This document shows positions 57,918-64,000 of a stretch of 64,000 nucleotides of DNA, in pieces. The DNA comes from Macrostomum lignano (lineage: Eukaryota), in the NCBI GenBank assembly GCA_002269645.1, contig NIVC01001847.1:81963-145962 (forward strand), in the 5' to 3' direction. The notes under the pieces were generated by a model, which was given only the letters and a program-made list of their open reading frames with translations, was not told where the DNA came from and did no database searches. Made by a program: the position numbers and the translations under genes. The first letter of the stretch is position 1. Each line of letters opens with the position of its first letter.

Positions 57918-60359
57918 ATGACGTCAGCCGGTCAGAATTCGAGTTCATCAAAAACAGCTGACACTCCGGCTCCATCACTAGCCGAGCCAGCAGTGGGGGC
58001 TGCCAGCCTGGCAGCCGCGGCCGACTCCCAGACCACCATCCGCCTGCTGCCGTTCGGCTTCGAGGAGCGAGTGAACTTCGACGCTCGCCAGGAGTTGCAG
58101 AAAACCCGAAGCAAGCACTTCTCCGTCCCGCCGCCTGTTCCCGACGATGACATATGGCGCCGGCCGCCGCCGGACTTCCGGCCGCAGGCCTGGGAGCCGC
58201 GACCGCCCAAGAGGAACAGCCGGGACGCTGTGCAGCCGTGGCGCTACCGCCTGGAAAGCGACGCCAGATACGAGGCCGCCGCTGCCGTGGCTCCGGGCGA
58301 CCGACTGCCTGCACTCGGGCAGACTGCGGCGCAGAAAAAGCAGCAGCAGCAGCAGAAGCAGCGGATGCAGACTCTGTTCCGGTTGATGCGACCGAATACG
58401 GCCAAGCAGCGCTTCGTGCAGGAGGGCGCCCTGCCCAGAGAGCCCTACGGGACGGTCGGGCCGCACGATTTCAGACAGGCAAGACGTCTGTTTCTAGCAT
58501 TTTAGCCTTCTGGACTCACGACTTGAAGGTTGGGGGTTCAATGCCCGATCTCACTGGAACAATTTGTGTCCTTGAGCAAGACACTTAACTCTGCATTGCT
58601 TCAGTTCACCCAGCTGTAAAATGGGTGCCAGCATTAGCTGGGGAAATTGAGAGTGCGTGTGTCGACTGAACAGCCGTGCGCAGCGTTCAGATGCGACGCG
58701 CAATAGCTGCGGCTGAGCTGTCGGTTGCACATCTGGCTCAATAGGGGCAGGTGTAATCAATTATTATTTTTTTTGTATAGTAGCATTCTGATTCAATGCC
58801 ATTTATTGATGCCAAAAAGCTCTTAAAGAAAAAGTTGAGTCAAGGTTTTATTATTATATATTAAAGTTTTTCCCAGACAACATGACCCCTACCATTTTCA
58901 CTGGGCGGGGAGGGGGGACAGATGATCCCTTGACCTCTGCGCTGGATGGTTCTCCCATTGTCGTTAAGCAATAATTTTAAACGTCCCGGGGGCAGTGTCC
59001 CCATTTGCGCCCCCCCCTGTTCAACGGTGCTCTGCTGCGGGTCAGACGCGTAGCCCGGTAACGTGCCTGATTGTCTGTCCAACTGGCATGTAATAGAGAG
59101 TGTACACGCCTGCCGTTAAGAAAGTCAGGGCTGCTGTACATCCTGTAAAAATGCATAATATTTCAAAGTAAAACTGCCTTTAATTTACAGTATCCTCCAA
59201 TCCAGTCGCTTGGACTGCCGGAGTTCACCACGGCTATTGAAAAGGATCCGAATAATATTCGGTTCTTATCGAGAAACAGGGACACAAGTAAGCGGATTAA
59301 AATGGTGATGTACTTTGAAGGAATTAAGGGCTGTACATCAAAAATTTTTGGTGTCAATTGTGCATAATACTTGATGTCATGCAGTTGAGCTTAATTTTGA
59401 GTGTCAATTGTGTCTAATATTTGGTGTCGATTGTCCCAAATTTTGGGTGTCAGTTGTGTCTAGTATTTGATTTCGATTGTGTCTAATATTTGGTTTCGAT
59501 TGTCCCAAATTTTGGGAGTCAGTTGTGTCTAATATTTGGTGTCGATTGTCCCAAATTTTGGGAGTCAATTGTGTCTGGTATTTGGTGTCGATTGTGTCTA
59601 ATATTTGGTGTCGAATGTGCGTAATGTTTGTGTCAATATGTCTAATATTGAGTGTCGAAAAGGGCCTAATTTGTTATCAAGAGCACAAGAACCCTAAGTC
59701 CATGCATCTAGTAAATAATCTGTCTTACTCATACGAACTGTGCCAGCAGCAGTTTTATAATTAGACGCCCCAAACTACAACATCATTCTAATAGTCGTCG
59801 GCCCGCTGCACGAGATCAAGAACATGCGCGACGCATCCGGCACGATGTGGTCCGCTGTGCGACAGCCGCCGAAATGGGACCCCAGGCTGCACCTGCAACA
59901 GAATCCGTTTCCTAATATTTCATGCGAGTACACTGTGAGTACACTGCAAAATTTAAAGAAACTGCCGACATGATGCCGGTCTAATATGGCGATAATTTTA
60001 AAGTGTTTCCTTTAGAGATAGAGCAGCTCAACGGTTAAGGCGTCAGTTGGACCACTTGCGTCAATTACCATAAATAATACCATAAATATTTCAATAAATA
60101 GTTATGGGCGCCAAAATTAGTCTAGAGCGCTTCCGTGTGAGTTGCGGCACTGCCTCATGCCAATTTAGATAAACTATCTGTGCTTGGCAACAAGGTGCCG
60201 CACTCGCAAGACTCCGCTCCCCCCGTACGTTCCTTGCAGCGCTACCGACCCAGAAACCGGAACCCGTTCGACGGTTTCATGGACACGGTGGAGGCCGGCT
60301 TGGAGAAGCGCTGGCTGGCCGAGAAGCTGGCCAAGTCTACGGATGCTCAGGCTGCTTGA
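57918..60359 (+). CDS. Uncharacterised 305-aa protein, 4 exons, first intron GC-AG
   Basis: Exons 57918-58478 (gccATG...PHDFRQ, donor CAG|gcaaga), 59191-59287 (YPPIQSLGLPEFTTAIEKDPNNIRFLSRNRDT), 59795-59934 (...PPKWDPRLHLQQNPFPNISCEYT), 60240-60359 (RYRPRNRNPFDGFMDTVEAGLEKRW...*). Phases 0, 1, 0 are compatible. Motifs are reminiscent of the uncharacterised C7orf78-like family (from memory, unverified). Confidence 0.85.
58495..58776 (+). mobile_element. tRNA-derived SINE with a CORE (MIR-like) domain
   Basis: Pol III B-box-like gggttcaatgccc (58534-58546), then tgtgtccttgagcaagacacttaactc...cagttcacccagctgtaaaatggg (58565-58625), which resembles the MIR CORE consensus (tgtgtgaccttgggcaagttacttaacctc...ctcatctgtaaaatggg), then an (att)/T-rich tail. 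Confidence 0.68.
59355..59660. repeat. Degenerate ~22-bp tandem repeat (ttgtgtctaatatttggtgtcga)
   Basis: Direct reading; lies in intron 2 of the 57918-60359 gene. Confidence 0.85.
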
Positions 60360-61552
60360 CCTGTCTCGCGCATATTACTGAAAGTAGTGATAGCAGCATG
60401 TTTTTTAATCGGATACAAGAAGTGTCTTATATCGATATTTTTGCTTGTAAAATAGAACTGCGTAAACGCCTAATACTTCACTTTTTATATATTAATTAAT
60501 GCAGTTTGTTTGTTAATTTACTTATATTTAATTAATTTAATTTGTTTGTTTAATCTGTCTTCTTTCCTAGAATCCAATGAATGGACAATATTTTTATGAC
60601 GAATTTACATTACCAAGTTGGCTAACCAATCAGGTTGCAAACTCTGTCGAAGTACATGCAGCTATAGCTAGTATCAATGGAAAATAACGATCGAAAATAT
60701 TAAAACGCTCGATACCATTACCGATATATTACACATGTATAGCAGTAGAACTACCTCGATTGGGATTTAAGGACTACTAAACTACACAGGACACTTCACG
60801 TATGACCTTAGTGGATCCTAAACAAAAGCAGACAGTCGACGAAACGTCGAGAGCACGCGCCGGTAGGGTAGGGACTCGGCGAGGATAATGTGGCTCACCA
60901 GCTGAAGTCGCCAACAGCTCAGCAGACCGCTTGGACGGACCAGGCCGGCGTGGTGACTCAGCAAATCGTCGCGGACTGGAATATTTGCCCTAAGCTTGAC
61001 TGCAACTTCCTTAGTCAGTCCTTGCTGGGATGATTCCTCCCTGTCGACTTCACTTCAAGTACACATGGCTAACTTATTTAATTTCGAATCATTGGTTTTT
61101 AAAGCTATTTTTCGTCTCACTGAACGCTCGCGAATGTTTGAAAAGAAATTTAATAAAGTATGACACAATATGAGACAACCCAGTGGATCTACCAGCGTTG
61201 CAACGGGCTGTGCCATCCGCGCTTAAAGGGCCTACAGAATGATACGTCATTCTGCTCACAGTGACACCAGAAAGCTGGATTTGGCAAAAAGTTACAAAAA
61301 TTGGACCTGGGATAGGAGAGAACAAGCAAGGGGACAATTATGGATTCCACCTTATGAGCTTAAGTTTACATAATCGTCCCTAATTGTCCCTTGTTTGTTC
61401 TCTTTTTCTCTATTTGTGTACATAGGTTACTCTGGCTCCACTTTATGAGCTTAAGTTGACAGGCAAGCCCTTTGAAGATCCATTATCGCTGCCACCAAGA
61501 ACACTTGCTTCAGTGATTTTGAAGTACTGAATCACGTTAAGCATAAACTGAA

Positions 61553-62567
61553 TCAAATACATAGAAATTTACCGTAAAAATGAGGACATGATCTGCTAAA
61601 TCGAATACTTAAACAAAAAACAACGCACTCATGCATACGCTCGCACTGGGTATACAGCAGCCTGACTTTCTGATCATGAGACTTAGCAGACTCTCTGTGC
61701 GCTACGGGTCGGACCTCATGGCTGTTAATCGGTTGGAATCGAACCACTGACGCGTTTCACGCAGCCTGTAGTTGAATACTTTGTGACAATAGACAGCTCT
61801 TGAATATCTGCTGTAACTTGCTTGAGCACCTGGGCCTGCAGAACTGTGATCGAGACCGTCCTGTTGAACAAACGCCGAGACCTGGACGCTGACGGATTCA
61901 CTCGAACATCAGGTCAATGCGGCGCACGCTGGCCTGCTGCCCGTCGCCTTCAAGATCGGCTACGAACGAGTCACCAATGCGGCACTCTATCGCTGCACCG
62001 GCCTGTCCCGTCACAACGTTGTCTTGCTTGACAACGCATTTCGTTGTTGTTTTTGTTGACTGCAGAAAAAGCCTGTGCCAAACGTTACCAGATTTCTACG
62101 TCGCGTTTTTACCTTAGGTAGAACCTGCGCGATTGCGGCACTGTGCTAAAAATGCAAAAATAAAAAAACTAAACAAAATGTTTTGTTAAATTAAATTTCA
62201 TTGTACTGAGTCTGGAATTGTCGATTATATATTTTTAATATTATAGTTAAAAGCGATATCAATAGGAGAAAAATAATTTAAAGCTCTTTCCACTTTCCAG
62301 TTAAGCCACGCGGTTAGATATTGTTGGGCTTACAATTCAGTCCAGACAGATCCTCATGCAGCACGCGCTTCAATCTTTGTTATAATTCGGTTTGTAGACG
62401 GCTTTCTTGATGAGGATGGCCTTCTCCTCGTGTTGCATTCTGCTGGACTCCACCGGGTTGGACAAGGCCTCCAACGCCTTCAAGGTCTCCACTGGCAGCT
62501 CCTCGCCGGATACGGAGGCGACCAGGGCGACGCAGAGCAGAAGGCCAAGAACAAATTCCCACTTCAT
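61553..62567 (-). pseudogene. Signal-peptide-bearing secreted-protein gene, apparently frameshifted or UGA-interrupted
   Basis: Clear signal peptide MKWEFVLGLLLCVALVASVSG at 62567; strong donor gtaagc at 62333 and acceptor tttttctgcag at 62060. Coding-like codon usage continues to ~61600, but TGA stops or frame switches interrupt every continuous reading. Confidence 0.5.
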
Positions 62568-64000
62568 TTTTTTAGTCGATTTCGATAATTATTGATGCCT
62601 TTCGATGAGGCTCAGAGTCTGAGCGGCTGGATGCGACGGTTTAGTGTGCCGGCACGTTTTTCCGGCTCCAGAAGAGACGAGAAGGCGTTTAAATAGGGGC
62701 ACACGGCACTCACGTGAGCAGAGTATGAGCAGAGAGCTGAGATGGCTGTTCGAATTCAATTCTTTGGCAGACATGCGAAGCTGTTTGAATACTGCCACGG
62801 TTGGGCAATCAAACTGGCTACATGCAGATGCCGATGGGGTTTGCTTAACTAAATTTAGCGACTGTCAATATTGCATTTGGCTGGCTATTCTTCCCTCGAC
62901 TATTTTTTATGATTGAAAAAGAATGTTAAGGCTTGTTTTCTTATGCAACAGGCAATGATGGGGTACTGCACATCAACGTGTTGATGTAGGACCGTTTTTT
63001 CAAAATAAAGATGTAGTGACTTTTACTGCCTGAAAGTTTCTTCTTTATCTTCTCAGAGAAGACAGCGAAAGACAAGCAGGGGATTTGAAAGATAATCCCC
63101 TGATGAGCTGATGAAAGATAAGCTCATGTGAATTGACAGCAAAAAGAAGACAAAAACTAGACAACATAATTCCCAAAACTGTTCGAAAAGGGACAATTAA
63201 ATTTGGTTCAGCAAATAGAGTCAAAAAGAGTCGAAACCTACATGTACATGTACTTAATGCTCAGGTGTTTGTCCTCTTAGGGATGGGGGGCAGCCTCCAC
63301 CCAATTTGCGGAGAAATTGGCGACATAGATTCTCGAATGCAACTTGCAGCTACTCGAAACATTGAACCGCTATTTCTCCGACACTCGTCGGAGAACTGTA
63401 TAGCGATAAGTAATCCTCCTTAACTAAATGATTGATTACACCTGCCCCAATTGGGCCAAATGTGCAACCGCAGCTATTGCACGACGCATCTGAAGCCTGC
63501 GTACGGCTGTTCAGTCCATGGACTAAGGCCTAGGGTTAATTGACAGACAGCATAGTGCATCCTGCTTTGAGGTCATTATGCGGATAGGAAACGAAAATTA
63601 AAAGTTTGTAATTACCTATTTTTTAATTTCAATTTTATTAAATAACGTTTATTTTCGTCACATTTACATTTACTTCGTAGCATTAAGTAGCGTAAAATAG
63701 TGTAATTTGTTATCCGATGCTATTACTTGGCACGGCCATTTCTATGAAACATTTCGCGTACAGAAAAAAATTGTTTTCAAGAGAATTCAAAGTGACGTAC
63801 TTGAAAGGAAAATTTTACTTTCAGTAGAAACATAAGTAAAGTAAAATTTAATGGTCCTAAATTAATAAAATATAGTGCATAAAACATACAAAAGAATAGT
63901 AAAATTAAGTCGAGAGAGGCCATTGACTTAAATTTTACTATCATTGTCAATAAAAATATAGTAAAATTTATCAAATAAGACTTCTTACCATAGTAATATT

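Noticed and set aside
60018-60060. tRNA A-box-like sequence gcagctcaacggttaaggcgtc
   Set aside because: No B box, T arm or acceptor stem downstream; at most a SINE or tRNA fragment.
61553-62567. TGF-beta prodomain identity for the secreted gene
   Set aside because: Only vague similarity; no RXXR site followed by a cystine-knot mature domain is visible.
63098-63130. CTGATGA followed by a stem, suggestive of a hammerhead ribozyme
   Set aside because: The stem after CTGATGA is followed by TCAT rather than the required GAAA, so the catalytic core is incomplete.

Overview
Eukaryotic (metazoan) genomic DNA with GC-rich coding exons separated by introns and intergenic DNA packed with unrelated mini- and microsatellite arrays. 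The style suggests a free-living flatworm such as Macrostomum, but that is an inference. Spliced genes assembled by hand from GT/GC-AG sites and reading phase: (1) a cation-type nicotinic acetylcholine receptor subunit (+, 2915-12720) with two alternative N-terminal exons and no vicinal Cys-Cys in loop C; (2) a Nedx/lms-type NK-class homeobox gene (-, 21273-18105); (3) a GRASP/Tamalin/CYTIP-like PDZ + coiled-coil scaffold (-, 28543-25999); (4) a 7-EC protocadherin (+, 41561-~56196); (5) a 305-aa uncharacterised protein with a GC-AG intron (+, 57918-60359); (6) a signal-peptide gene that appears frameshifted or UGA-interrupted (-, 62567-~61550). Also present: a ~4.7-kb tandem segmental duplication (28887-33600 / 33601-~38160), a palindromic MITE-like element, a CORE-type SINE and a decayed LRR-like fragment. 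Most long ORFs in the supplied track are artefacts of tandem repeats. No prokaryotic features, CRISPR arrays, rRNA or intact tRNA genes were seen.
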